Shown one piece after another: positions 23,098-34,600 of a stretch of DNA of 64,000 nt. Source of the stretch: Escherichia coli. GTDB lineage: Bacteria; Pseudomonadota; Gammaproteobacteria; Enterobacterales; Enterobacteriaceae. The translations under genes and the position numbers were made by a program. The stretch lies in NCBI RefSeq assembly GCF_003790525.1, contig NZ_CP033635.1. One strand, 5' to 3'. The notes beneath the pieces are model-generated. The model made no database searches. It was not told where the DNA came from and saw only the letters and a program-made list of their open reading frames with translations. Within the stretch, counting starts at the first letter, position 1. Each line of letters opens with the position of its first letter.

Positions 23098-24372
23098 GTG
23101 GCAAAAAACATTCAAGCCATTCGCGGCATGAACGATTACCTGCCTGGCGAAACGGCCATCTGGCAGCGCATTGAAGGCACACTGAAAAACGTGCTCGGCA
23201 GCTACGGTTACAGTGAAATCCGCTTGCCGATTGTAGAGCAGACCCCGCTATTCAAACGTGCGATTGGTGAAGTCACCGACGTGGTTGAAAAAGAGATGTA
23301 CACCTTTGAGGATCGCAATGGCGACAGCCTGACTCTGCGCCCTGAAGGGACGGCGGGCTGTGTACGCGCCGGCATCGAGCATGGTCTTCTGTACAATCAG
23401 GAACAGCGTCTGTGGTATATCGGGCCGATGTTCCGTCACGAGCGTCCGCAGAAAGGGCGTTATCGTCAGTTCCATCAGTTGGGCTGCGAAGTTTTCGGTC
23501 TGCAAGGTCCGGATATCGACGCTGAATTGATTATGCTCACCGCCCGCTGGTGGCGCGCGCTGGGTATCTCCGAGCACGTAACTCTTGAGCTGAACTCTAT
23601 CGGTTCGCTGGAAGCACGCGCCAATTACCGCGATGCGCTGGTGGCATTCCTTGAGCAGCATAAAGAAAAGCTGGACGAAGACTGCAAACGCCGCATGTAC
23701 ACTAACCCGCTGCGCGTGCTGGATTCAAAAAATCCGGAAGTGCAGGCGCTTCTCAACGACGCTCCGGCATTAGGCGATTATCTGGACGAGGAATCTCGTG
23801 AGCATTTTGCCGGTCTGTGCAAACTGCTTGAGAGCGCGGGGATCGCTTACACCGTCAACCAGCGTCTGGTGCGTGGTCTGGATTACTATAACCGTACCGT
23901 TTTCGAGTGGGTGACTAACAGCCTCGGTTCCCAGGGCACCGTGTGTGCAGGCGGTCGTTATGACGGTCTGGTGGAACAACTGGGCGGTCGTGCAACACCG
24001 GCTGTCGGTTTTGCGATGGGCCTCGAACGTCTTGTATTGTTAGTACAGGCCGTTAATCCGGAATTTAAAGCCGATCCTGTTGTCGATATATACCTGGTGG
24101 CTTCAGGTGCTGATACACAATCTGCGGCTATGGCATTAGCTGAGCGTCTGCGTGATGAATTACCGGGCGTGAAATTGATGACCAACCACGGCGGCGGCAA
24201 CTTTAAGAAACAGTTTGCCCGTGCTGATAAATGGGGTGCCCGCGTTGCTGTGGTGCTGGGTGAGTCTGAAGTGGCTAACGGCACAGCAGTAGTGAAGGAT
24301 TTGCGCTCTGGTGAGCAAACGGCAGTTGCGCAGGATAGCGTAGCCGCGCATTTGCGCACGTTACTGGGTTAA
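23098..24372 (+). CDS. hisS: Histidyl-tRNA synthetase
   Basis: 424-aa ORF, GTG start, class II aaRS motifs. Confidence 0.95.
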
Positions 24373-24389
24373 GGAAGGAGAAGGACAGC

Positions 24390-25010
24390 GTGGAAATTTA
24401 CGAGAACGAAAACGACCAGGTTGAAGCGGTTAAACGCTTTTTTGCTGAAAATGGCAAAGCACTGGCTGTTGGGGTGATTTTGGGCGTTGGCGCACTGATT
24501 GGCTGGCGCTACTGGAACAGCCATCAGGTTGATTCTGCACGCTCCGCTTCTCTTGCCTATCAAAATGCGGTTACCGCAGTGAGCGAAGGCAAACCGGATA
24601 GCATCCCGGCGGCGGAAAAATTTGCTGCTGAAAATAAAAATACTTATGGTGCGCTGGCTTCTTTGGAACTTGCGCAGCAATTTGTTGACAAAAATGAACT
24701 AGAGAAAGCTGCCGCCCAGTTACAACAGGGGCTGGCAGACACGAGCGATGAAAATCTCAAAGCCGTGATAAATCTGCGTCTTGCTCGCGTTCAGGTACAG
24801 CTCAAGCAGGCTGATGCCGCGCTGAAAACCCTTGATACCATCAAAGGTGAAGGGTGGGCTGCCATTGTTGCCGACCTGCGTGGTGAAGCATTGCTGAGCA
24901 AAGGTGATAAGCAAGGTGCGCGTAGTGCATGGGAAGCAGGCGTGAAAAGCGATGTTACCCCGGCACTGAGCGAAATGATGCAGATGAAAATTAATAATTT
25001 GTCCATCTGA
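24390..25010 (+). CDS. yfgM: YfgM, membrane-anchored TPR-like protein
   Basis: 206-aa ORF MEIYENENDQVEAVKRFFAENGKALAVGVILG, GTG start. Confidence 0.88.
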   Translation: MEIYENENDQVEAVKRFFAENGKALAVGVILGVGALIGWRYWNSHQVDSARSASLAYQNAVTAVSEGKPDSIPAAEKFAAENKNTYGALASLELAQQFVDKNELEKAAAQLQQGLADTSDENLKAVINLRLARVQVQLKQADAALKTLDTIKGEGWAAIVADLRGEALLSKGDKQGARSAWEAGVKSDVTPALSEMMQMKINNLSI

Positions 25011-25020
25011 GAGGGACCCG

Positions 25021-26199
25021 ATGCAATTGCGTAAATTACTGCTGCCAGGACTGCTTTCCGTTACCCTTTTAAGCGGCTGTTCGCTGTTTAACAGCGAAGA
25101 AGATGTGGTAAAGATGTCCCCATTGCCAACCGTTGAAAACCAGTTTACGCCGTCTACTGCGTGGAGCACTTCCGTTGGTAGCGGCATTGGCAACTTCTAT
25201 TCCAATCTTCATCCGGCACTGGCGGACAACGTTGTCTATGCTGCGGACCGCGCTGGTTTAGTAAAAGCGCTGAATGCGGATGACGGCAAAGAAATCTGGT
25301 CTGTCAACCTGGCCGAGAAAGATGGCTGGTTCTCTAAAGATCCTGCATTACTTTCTGGCGGCGTGACCGTGTCTGGTGGGCATGTCTACATTGGCACCGA
25401 AAAGGCGCAGGTTTACGCGCTGAATACCAGCGATGGTACTGTGGCATGGCAAACTAAAGTCGCGGGTGAAGCACTTTCGCGCCCGGTGGTCAGCGACGGT
25501 CTGGTGTTAATCCACACCAGTAACGGTCAGTTACAAGCGCTGAACGAAGCTGACGGCGCTGTCAAATGGACAGTTAACCTCGATATGCCTTCGCTCTCTT
25601 TGCGTGGCGAGTCTGCGCCGGCAACGGCTTTTGGTGCGGCCGTCGTGGGTGGCGATAATGGTCGCGTCAGCGCAGTGCTGATGGAACAGGGCCAGATGAT
25701 TTGGCAGCAGCGTATTTCCCAGGCGACCGGTTCTACCGAAATTGACCGTCTGAGCGATGTTGACACGACACCCGTCGTTGTTAACGGCGTTGTTTTCGCG
25801 CTGGCCTATAATGGTAACCTGACGGCGCTTGATCTGCGCAGTGGTCAGATTATGTGGAAACGCGAACTGGGTTCGGTGAATGATTTCATCGTCGACGGCA
25901 ATCGCATCTATCTGGTCGATCAAAATGACCGGGTGATGGCGTTGACCATTGATGGCGGCGTTACGCTGTGGACACAAAGCGATCTGCTGCATCGCCTGCT
26001 GACTTCTCCGGTGCTGTATAATGGCAACCTGGTGGTAGGTGACAGTGAAGGTTATCTGCACTGGATTAACGTCGAAGATGGTCGTTTCGTTGCCCAGCAA
26101 AAAGTTGATAGTTCCGGTTTCCAGACTGAACCGGTTGCCGCTGACGGCAAACTGCTGATCCAGGCAAAAGACGGAACCGTGTACTCTATTACACGTTAA
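25021..26199 (+). CDS. bamB: Outer membrane assembly lipoprotein BamB
   Basis: 392-aa ORF with lipobox LLSGC and PQQ-like beta-propeller repeats. Confidence 0.93.
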   Translation: MQLRKLLLPGLLSVTLLSGCSLFNSEEDVVKMSPLPTVENQFTPSTAWSTSVGSGIGNFYSNLHPALADNVVYAADRAGLVKALNADDGKEIWSVNLAEKDGWFSKDPALLSGGVTVSGGHVYIGTEKAQVYALNTSDGTVAWQTKVAGEALSRPVVSDGLVLIHTSNGQLQALNEADGAVKWTVNLDMPSLSLRGESAPATAFGAAVVGGDNGRVSAVLMEQGQMIWQQRISQATGSTEIDRLSDVDTTPVVVNGVVFALAYNGNLTALDLRSGQIMWKRELGSVNDFIVDGNRIYLVDQNDRVMALTIDGGVTLWTQSDLLHRLLTSPVLYNGNLVVGDSEGYLHWINVEDGRFVAQQKVDSSGFQTEPVAADGKLLIQAKDGTVYSITR

Positions 26200-26316
26200 T
26201 CGTCTCTGTCGTTCACTTTGAAAACGGCTCCTGGACAGGGGCCGTTTTCCTGTTTTTAACAACGACACGAATATAGCGTGCGTTGTCTGATGATTTATAA
26301 AAATGAGGCTTTAAAC

Positions 26317-27789
26317 ATGGTACCTGTGGTCGCGCTTGTCGGGCGCCCTAACGTAGGAAAATCCACGTTATTTAACCGTCTAACTCGCACCCGAGATGCG
26401 CTGGTTGCGGATTTCCCGGGTCTGACTCGTGACCGTAAGTACGGTCGTGCGGAAATTGAAGGCCGTGAGTTTATCTGCATTGATACCGGCGGGATTGATG
26501 GCACAGAAGACGGTGTAGAAACCCGCATGGCGGAACAGTCGCTGCTGGCGATTGAAGAAGCGGACGTCGTACTGTTTATGGTGGATGCGCGCGCGGGCCT
26601 GATGCCGGCGGATGAAGCGATTGCTAAACATCTGCGCTCCCGTGAAAAACCGACCTTCCTGGTGGCAAACAAAACTGACGGTCTGGATCCCGATCAGGCA
26701 GTGGTTGATTTCTACTCGCTTGGTTTAGGTGAAATCTACCCGATCGCCGCGTCTCACGGTCGTGGCGTATTAAGTCTGCTGGAGCACGTGCTGCTGCCGT
26801 GGATGGAAGATCTCGCACCGCAAGAAGAAGTCGACGAAGACGCCGAATACTGGGCGCAATTTGAAGCGGAAGAGAACGGCGAAGAAGAAGAGGAAGACGA
26901 CTTCGACCCGCAAAGTCTGCCGATCAAACTGGCGATTGTGGGTCGTCCGAACGTCGGTAAGTCTACACTCACTAACCGTATTCTTGGTGAAGAGCGCGTT
27001 GTTGTTTACGACATGCCTGGCACGACGCGTGACAGTATCTACATTCCAATGGAACGCGACGGACGTGAGTATGTGCTCATTGACACCGCTGGCGTACGTA
27101 AACGCGGCAAAATCACCGATGCGGTAGAGAAGTTCTCGGTAATCAAAACGTTGCAGGCCATTGAAGATGCCAACGTGGTGATGTTGGTGATTGATGCGCG
27201 TGAAGGTATTTCCGATCAGGATCTCTCCTTGCTGGGCTTTATTCTCAATAGTGGGCGCTCACTTGTGATTGTAGTGAACAAGTGGGACGGCCTGAGCCAG
27301 GAAGTGAAAGAGCAGGTGAAAGAGACGCTGGACTTCCGTCTGGGCTTTATCGATTTTGCTCGTGTGCACTTTATCTCTGCCTTGCACGGCAGTGGTGTTG
27401 GTAACTTGTTTGAATCAGTACGTGAAGCGTATGACAGCTCCACCCGTCGTGTGGGGACCTCTATGCTGACGCGCATCATGACGATGGCTGTTGAAGATCA
27501 CCAACCGCCGCTGGTACGCGGTCGTCGAGTGAAGCTGAAATATGCCCACGCCGGGGGTTATAACCCGCCGATTGTGGTGATTCACGGTAATCAGGTGAAA
27601 GACCTGCCTGATTCCTACAAGCGTTACCTGATGAACTACTTCCGCAAATCGCTGGACGTAATGGGATCGCCGATTCGTATTCAGTTCAAAGAAGGGGAAA
27701 ACCCGTATGCGAACAAGCGTAATACCCTGACGCCGACTCAGATGCGCAAGCGTAAGCGTCTGATGAAGCACATCAAGAAAAGTAAGTAA
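26317..27789 (+). CDS. der: GTPase Der (EngA)
   Basis: Start at [16 protein letters not shown] (ATG 26317), 490 aa, two GTPase domains (GRPNVGKS twice). Confidence 0.93.
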   Translation: MVPVVALVGRPNVGKSTLFNRLTRTRDALVADFPGLTRDRKYGRAEIEGREFICIDTGGIDGTEDGVETRMAEQSLLAIEEADVVLFMVDARAGLMPADEAIAKHLRSREKPTFLVANKTDGLDPDQAVVDFYSLGLGEIYPIAASHGRGVLSLLEHVLLPWMEDLAPQEEVDEDAEYWAQFEAEENGEEEEEDDFDPQSLPIKLAIVGRPNVGKSTLTNRILGEERVVVYDMPGTTRDSIYIPMERDGREYVLIDTAGVRKRGKITDAVEKFSVIKTLQAIEDANVVMLVIDAREGISDQDLSLLGFILNSGRSLVIVVNKWDGLSQEVKEQVKETLDFRLGFIDFARVHFISALHGSGVGNLFESVREAYDSSTRRVGTSMLTRIMTMAVEDHQPPLVRGRRVKLKYAHAGGYNPPIVVIHGNQVKDLPDSYKRYLMNYFRKSLDVMGSPIRIQFKEGENPYANKRNTLTPTQMRKRKRLMKHIKKSK

Positions 27790-27851
27790 TCACTTATCTG
27801 GTTTCCCTTTCCACACGGAGAGGGAAACCGAATAACACGCGAGGAGTATTT

Positions 27852-28067
27852 ATGGCACTCAACTGTCCAACCTGCAAAACCCCTCTCGAACGCAATGGCG
27901 GGACTGCTCACTGTGCAACTTGTGCCAAAGATTTCACCATTCAGGCTCTTTGTCCTGACTGCCACCAGCCATTGCAGGTATTAAAAGCATGCGGTGCGGT
28001 GGATTATTTCTGCCAATATGGGCACGGTTTAATTTCTAAAACACGCGTTGAATTTGTTATTGTGTAA
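27852..28067 (+). CDS. yfgJ: YfgJ, small zinc-ribbon protein
   Basis: 71-aa ORF with two CxxC pairs (CPTC, CATC, CPDC). Confidence 0.8.
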   Translation: MALNCPTCKTPLERNGGTAHCATCAKDFTIQALCPDCHQPLQVLKACGAVDYFCQYGHGLISKTRVEFVIV

Positions 28068-28276
28068 TATCATTTAAATATATGATTTTATCATTCATAT
28101 TTATAATATGGATGATTATGCCATTTTTGTATTAGTTGAATTACTAATATGAGTGGAAAAAATCACTTATTTAAAAAATAATGATATATTTATCCTTTCT
28201 GGCATGCCTTTCTGAATAATCAGGGATACAATATTAAAGCTTATTTTTGACTTTATCATTGTCACAGGAAAAGTGC

Positions 28277-30451
28277 ATGCTGCGATGGACACGCTGTATT
28301 ATGCTAACATTTATCTCTGGGGCTGCTTTTGCGGCTCCAGAGATAAATGTTGAGCATAAAGAATCATTACCTGATTTAGGTAGTCAGGCCGCACAACAAG
28401 AAGAACAAACCAACAAGGGGAAATCGCTAAAAGAGCGTGGTGCCGATTACGTCATTAACTCCGCTACGCAAGGGTTTGAAAACCTGACACCCGAGGCGCT
28501 GGAGTCCCAGGCCAGAAGCTATCTGCAAAGTCAAATTACCTCTACGACACAATCTTATATTGAGGATACACTCTCCCCCTACGGTAAGGTTCGAACGAAT
28601 CTTTCTCTTGGCCAGGGCGGCGATCTGGATGGCAGTTCCATCGACTATTTTGTTCCCTGGTATGATAATCAAACTACTGTTTATTTCAGCCAATTTTCTG
28701 CACAACGAAAAGAAGATCGTACGATCGGGAATATTGGGCTTGGTGTAAGACATAATTTTGATAAATGGTTGTTGGGTGGAAATATATTTTATGATTATGA
28801 TTTTACCCGTGGGCATCGCCGTTTAGGTTTAGGTGTCGAAGCGTGGACTGATTATTTAAAATTCTCTGGCAACTATTATCACCCGCTTTCTGACTGGAAA
28901 GACTCCGAAGATTTCGATTTTTATGAGGAGCGTCCTGCGCGCGGCTGGGATATTCGCGCCGAAGCCTGGCTTCCCGCTTATCCGCAGCTTGGTGGTAAAA
29001 TTGTTTTCGAACAGTATTACGGTAATGAAGTCGCGCTTTTTGGCACTGATAATCTGGAGAAAGATCCCTTCGCTGTCACGCTGGGTGTGAAATACCAGCC
29101 CGTTCCGCTCATTGCTGTCGGTACAGATTTCAAAGCTGGCACTGGCGATAATACCGATCTTTCTGTTAACGCAACGCTTAATTATCAGTTTGGCGTCCCG
29201 CTCAAAGACCAGCTTGATCCTGACAAAGTGAGCGCTGCTCACTCGCTTATGGGCAGCCGTCATGACTTTGTTGAACGTAACAACTTTATTGTTCTGGAAT
29301 ACAAAGAAAAAGATCCCCTCGACGTCACTTTGTGGCTGAAAGCCGACGCCACGAATGAACATCCCGAGTGCGTGATTAAAGATACGCCTGAAGAAGCTAT
29401 CGGGCTGGAAAAATGTAAATGGACCATTAACGCGCTCATTAACCATCACTACAAAATCGTCGCTGCCTCCTGGCAGGCGAAAAACAATGCTGCACGTACG
29501 CTGGTGATGCCGGTTATCAAAGAAAACACGCTTACCGAAGGTAACAACAACCACTGGAATCTGGTGCTGCCTGCCTGGCAGTACAGTTCTGATAAAGCCG
29601 AACAAGAAAAACTCAATACCTGGCGGGTTCGTCTGGCGCTGGAAGATGAAAAAGGTAATCGACAGAATTCCGGCGTGGTGGAAATCACCGTTCAGCAGGA
29701 TCGCAAAATTGAGCTCATCGTTAACAACATCGCCGATGTACCAGATGAGAACAATCACAGTCATGAAGCCAGCGCACAGGCCGATGGTGTAGATGGTGTG
29801 GTGATGGATCTCGATATTACTGATAGCTTTGGCGACAACACTGACCGCAACGGTAATGTCTTGCCGCAGGATAATCTCAACCCGCAGTTGTTTGACGCCA
29901 ACGATAAAAAAGTGACGCTGACGAATAAACCCTGCACTACCGAGACTCCCTGTGTCTTTATCGCCAAACAAGATAAAGAAAAGGGGACCGTTACGCTCTC
30001 CAGTACATTGCCTGGCACCTTCCGTTGGAAGGCGAAAGCCGCTCCCTATGATGACAGTAACTATGTTGACGTAACGTTCCTGGGTTCTGACATCGGCGGG
30101 CTGAATGCCTTTATCTATCGTGTTGGTGCGGCTAAGCCCGTGAATCTTATCGGCAATAAAGAGCCGTTGCCTCTCAATAGCAGCTATCGCTTTGTGTTGT
30201 GGCGTGACGCTAACAAAGACGGCGTGTTCCAGCTATCAGAGAAATTCACTGAAGAGGAGATGAAACAGTATGACTATCAGTGGGAATTCACGGGACATAG
30301 CGTGAATGGCAATACCGGTGCGCAAGCCAATACCACTAACGCCGATATAGAGATCCCGGCAACGAACAAGGACGCGGCAACGAAGTTTAGTGCCCAGGTA
30401 ACCGATGGCGTGCAGGGATACGGTTTGCAGGTCAATTACAGCAAGAAATAG
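28277..30451 (+). CDS. sinH: Intimin/invasin-like inverse autotransporter (SinH-like)
   Basis: Signal peptide MLRWTRCIMLTFISGAAFA; intimin-type beta-barrel motifs (KWLLGGNIFYDYDF, ERPARGWDIRAEAWLPAYPQLGG); AGGA RBS before ATG 28277. Confidence 0.78.
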   Translation: MLRWTRCIMLTFISGAAFAAPEINVEHKESLPDLGSQAAQQEEQTNKGKSLKERGADYVINSATQGFENLTPEALESQARSYLQSQITSTTQSYIEDTLSPYGKVRTNLSLGQGGDLDGSSIDYFVPWYDNQTTVYFSQFSAQRKEDRTIGNIGLGVRHNFDKWLLGGNIFYDYDFTRGHRRLGLGVEAWTDYLKFSGNYYHPLSDWKDSEDFDFYEERPARGWDIRAEAWLPAYPQLGGKIVFEQYYGNEVALFGTDNLEKDPFAVTLGVKYQPVPLIAVGTDFKAGTGDNTDLSVNATLNYQFGVPLKDQLDPDKVSAAHSLMGSRHDFVERNNFIVLEYKEKDPLDVTLWLKADATNEHPECVIKDTPEEAIGLEKCKWTINALINHHYKIVAASWQAKNNAARTLVMPVIKENTLTEGNNNHWNLVLPAWQYSSDKAEQEKLNTWRVRLALEDEKGNRQNSGVVEITVQQDRKIELIVNNIADVPDENNHSHEASAQADGVDGVVMDLDITDSFGDNTDRNGNVLPQDNLNPQLFDANDKKVTLTNKPCTTETPCVFIAKQDKEKGTVTLSSTLPGTFRWKAKAAPYDDSNYVDVTFLGSDIGGLNAFIYRVGAAKPVNLIGNKEPLPLNSSYRFVLWRDANKDGVFQLSEKFTEEEMKQYDYQWEFTGHSVNGNTGAQANTTNADIEIPATNKDAATKFSAQVTDGVQGYGLQVNYSKK

Positions 30452-30506
30452 GATCAGCGCCATGGCTGATCGGGCCACCGCTGAATGTTAACCAAGGAGA
30501 GTGTTT

Positions 30507-31499
30507 ATGAAACCTCATATGAAACGTGGCCTGACAAGAGTCGCGCTGGCACTGATGCTGGCTGGATACTGTGCCGTGCCAGCCGCTATGGCGGAAGATG
30601 CCGCCTGGGTAGCCAGTGGGACGACCGCTGAATTCGAAGGGACCATACCCTGGCTTTATCGCGAGGGTGGGAATGCCACGATTAACTCGGATGATGCGGA
30701 TCACATCAAAGTAACGTCTGATGGTAAAGGTACTCGTCCTTCAGGTAGCGAGACGGATAAACGCCTTTACTCAGGAGATACCATCACGTTGGGGTGGGAT
30801 ATCGGCGATACCGAAGGGGATATCGACGATGGTCCAGACGGTATTGATGCGAAAACGACAGCCACTATCAAATGGTACAGTTACAGCGATAATGCGGGTG
30901 GCGGTAAAACGGAGCTGACCGCAGCGGCAGGCAAGACGAGTTATAAACTCACTGATGACGAACGTGGGCGTTATATCGGTGTTGAAATCCAGCCCATCAC
31001 CCAGACCGGTAATCCTTTCCAGGGAACATCGCTGACTCTGCTGGATATTTCAACGGCCAGCGGTGGCGGCAGCGATACGGATAATGTTGATCCTGGCCCG
31101 GTTGTGAACCAGAACCTGAAAGTTGCCATCTTCGAGAAAGGCACCAGTACCAACCTTATCGGTGGTAATACAGCCATTGCGCTTAACAAAACGTATGTGG
31201 CCAAACTGTACTCGGATGAAAACCAGAATGGTAAGTACGATGCGGGTACGGATGTGGACGTTACCGCTAACTACGACTTTGCGTGGGTCTTTAACGGTAA
31301 CAGTAAACAACTTGCGGCGGCGGGCGGTATTGCCAACGCCAGCTTCGATAACAATGACATTGTTATTCCGCAAACTAACGAACAAGCAAGAACCAGCCTT
31401 AACGGTAGTGACCGTAATGGTAAGACCGGCCTTGCAATCCCGGCAAACGGCGACGGCGTTCAGGGCTATACGCTGTCTATCATTTACAAACACCACTAA
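30507..31499 (+). CDS. sinI: Secreted protein, SinI-like
   Basis: Signal peptide MKPHMKRGLTRVALALMLAGYCAVPAAMA; C-terminal DGVQGY motif shared with the sinH-like product. Confidence 0.55.
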   Translation: MKPHMKRGLTRVALALMLAGYCAVPAAMAEDAAWVASGTTAEFEGTIPWLYREGGNATINSDDADHIKVTSDGKGTRPSGSETDKRLYSGDTITLGWDIGDTEGDIDDGPDGIDAKTTATIKWYSYSDNAGGGKTELTAAAGKTSYKLTDDERGRYIGVEIQPITQTGNPFQGTSLTLLDISTASGGGSDTDNVDPGPVVNQNLKVAIFEKGTSTNLIGGNTAIALNKTYVAKLYSDENQNGKYDAGTDVDVTANYDFAWVFNGNSKQLAAAGGIANASFDNNDIVIPQTNEQARTSLNGSDRNGKTGLAIPANGDGVQGYTLSIIYKHH

Positions 31500-31608
31500 T
31501 GCGCACAACAGCATTCCCGTATGGGAATGCTGTTTTCCGCCTGTTTTGCTTAGCGACGCGTTAAGCAAAACGGGTTGACGTTTTGTTTATCATGCTGGAG
31601 TTTTCTAC

Positions 31609-34600
31609 ATGTCGGTATGTCTGAAACCAGGAAAAATCATTGTGCTTCTGGGCATGTTGGCAGCCTTTATGCTGTCTGACTTTGCACGGGCAGGAGTGGA
31701 ATGGCAGACATATCCTGGTTCTACAGGCGAGTTTAACGGTACAGTTCCTATTGCCGATAGCGCTAGCGTACCCGTTTATCAGGGAAGCGTTCAGCTTGAT
31801 CCTGCTGCATCTCATGATGTGGCGTTTTCTGCTAAACCGAATGAATTTAGCGTTGACGATGACGCTGCTAACCTGATAGTCGCTAATCCTCAGGACAGTG
31901 AAGGCGACCAGTTTTCCACACCACCTGCGCTGCGCTGGGAAAACCAGACGCCGCCGACCGTCAGTCTGGTGTGGGCGGATGCCGCCACGCCGGATACGCC
32001 GCTCAACCCGCAGCCCATCGCCAACCGCAGCTTTTGCGCGCAAGGTCTGGCCGGGCGTTCGCTGGTGGCCTGGCCGCAGATAGATACACAACAAACCATT
32101 CCACTGCTTTACCTGCTGACCTCGACCGGTTATCCCTATGAGGGGACGGTGGCGCTGGCTGAACAGAAAGTGACGCTGAACATCGCGCCCGCACAGGGCG
32201 ATTTAATTTCGGTGAGCGCCAGTGGTTATAACGAAACGATCGCGGCGGCAAAAACCACCGTTGGTGGCACTATCACGCTGACCGTCACCACCAAAGATTG
32301 TCAGGGCAACGTCGCGGGTAATATTCCGTTTATTATCAAACGTAAAGATGCCCAAAACCGTCAGGGCGCGGTGAATAATACCGCGCCGGTGGTGCTGGGG
32401 AGTACCGAGTTAACGACGACGGCAACCGAGTATCGTGGCACATCGGATGCCAACGGTACGGCAACCATCACGGTGACCCAACCTAACGGCCCCGGCGTCA
32501 AAACGCCGCTGGTGGCGAGTATTTCCGGCATTGCGCAAACCAGCGAAACGGCGGTGATTTTTACCGTACTTACCAGCCCGGACGTGGCGCAGGCCACGAT
32601 GTGGGGCCATATGGCGGAAACGGTTGAGGCACACGGCTACACGTTCAGCAGGCCAAAACTGGCGGCGGAAGTCAGCAATGAAAATGCCACGGTCGTCGAT
32701 CACAACGAAACCTGGTCCACTTTCACCTGGAGCGGGGCAGACAGCCATTGCACCGTGCTGCCGGGCATGCGCCATTTCGGCGCACTGGCGACGGTGATTC
32801 CCTCCACGGTACAGACTGTCCTTGGCTGGCCGATGCAGGATGATTATTACTGGACATCGCTGGCGGGCACTACCGGGCAGCACCATGCAGCGGATGTCTC
32901 TAACCGTGCTGAAGCGCAAAAGCCGGATAGCACCACGTTTCTTGTAAGCTGCGTGGACAAACCCGCGCCTGACGTCGAACCGAAAATCGTCCTTACGCCA
33001 GAAAACTATGATGATACGGCACAGGCGATGAAAGCGAAGGTGGGTGAGGATGCCACGATGCGTCTGACGATCACCGACAATAAAAACAACGATCAACCGC
33101 TGGCGTATTATTACTTCTCGCTGCATCTGGATGACGGCGTTAACCGTAAGAATCAAACCGACTCCGCCTGGGAAGCCCATCCGGTGCAGATTACTGGCGG
33201 CAGTAATTTTCGCCAGGTCGACGCACATACCTATGAAGGCATGACCGACGCCAACGGCCAGGCTTCGCTCACCCTGAGCCAGCCCGGCGGCGCGGGGGTG
33301 AAAACCCATATCACGGCGAAAATGCGCAGCGATTTTAACGCCACGGATGCCAAAGATGTGATTTTTACCGTAATCACCAGCCCGGACAGCGACAAAGCGC
33401 GGATGTGGGGCCATATGCGCGGCATTATTGAGTCCGGCAGTCTGTATAAACGCCCGTTGCTGGCGGATGAAACCGAGCATGAACTGGGAACAGTGCGGGA
33501 AAACAACGAAGACTGGGCGTTGTACGATCAAAACACCAGTATGCAGGCGGAATGCGGGGTGGGTCATATACCGCGTCAGAGCTCACTGGAAAGCCTGTTT
33601 TCAGCCCATCCCGGTAACGCGATTGGCACTGAGTATGGCTGGCCTACCGCACAACAGAGCTACCTAAGCGCGGTGGAGCAAGAAACGCATTCATCGGTGA
33701 ATCTGGGGAACGGGAGCGTCGACAGCTATTCCGGCTTTAAGCAGAATTACCTCTCCTGTTCGGGTAATGAGATGGTAGCGAATGTTGAAGTCAGCACCGA
33801 TCATGATGTGTCTGTTGGCACCCAAGCGCAAGCCAAAGTGGGTGACACCATCGTAATGACCGTGCGTACGATTAACGCGCTAAATAATTCCCCGGTACCC
33901 TTTAGCGCATTCACCATTACCAAAGGTATGGGATATAACCGAGCGGGACAGGTGAGCGGGTTTGATGACCCGAGTAGCGGCTCAATCACGATGGATAACT
34001 CGCAATATGGTACATCACAGCCATCGATGGTTTATGCGGGAACAACCGATGTCCGGGGCGTGGCGACGGTCGAGATTAAGCAACCACAGGGCGTCGGGCT
34101 AAAAACGGTGCTGAGCGTAACACCGGTAAATTCCTACCTGCCGAATACCGTTAACTACAGCGTTATTTTTACTACCCCAACCAGCCCGGACGTTTCCGGC
34201 GCGCAGATGTGGGGCCATATGGATGAAACGATTACCGTTGATTCATCAACCTTTACCCGGCCTAGGCTGGCGGCGGAAATCGCCAGCCCGGACGGAACCC
34301 TGACTGAAAATAACGAAATCTGGGCGCGCGTGAGCCAGGCCAATACGTCCAGTACCAGCAAAGGCGGCTGCGGCACCAATATGCTGCCGCGTCGCTCCCA
34401 GCTAAGCGCGTTGTATAGCGCCAACAGTGGTAATGCAGTGCAAACGACGCACGGCTGGCCAACGCAGCGTCAGCCCTACTGGAGCAGCTCTCCGGCGGAT
34501 GTGACGCCGCACTTTTTCACGATAGCGCTGAACGATGGCGCACAAGCTATCGGCGGCGATACGCCGGTTTACGTCAGTTGCCTGACGACGGCGAACAAAC

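Noticed and set aside
28856-29971. 371-aa minus-strand ORF inside the intimin-like gene
   Set aside because: Opposite-strand shadow; the plus-strand ORF carries the intimin beta-barrel motifs.
32410-33567. 385-aa minus-strand ORF and many other antisense ORFs inside the ratA-like gene
   Set aside because: Antisense to one continuous 2691-aa repeat ORF; Arg/Cys-rich junk composition.
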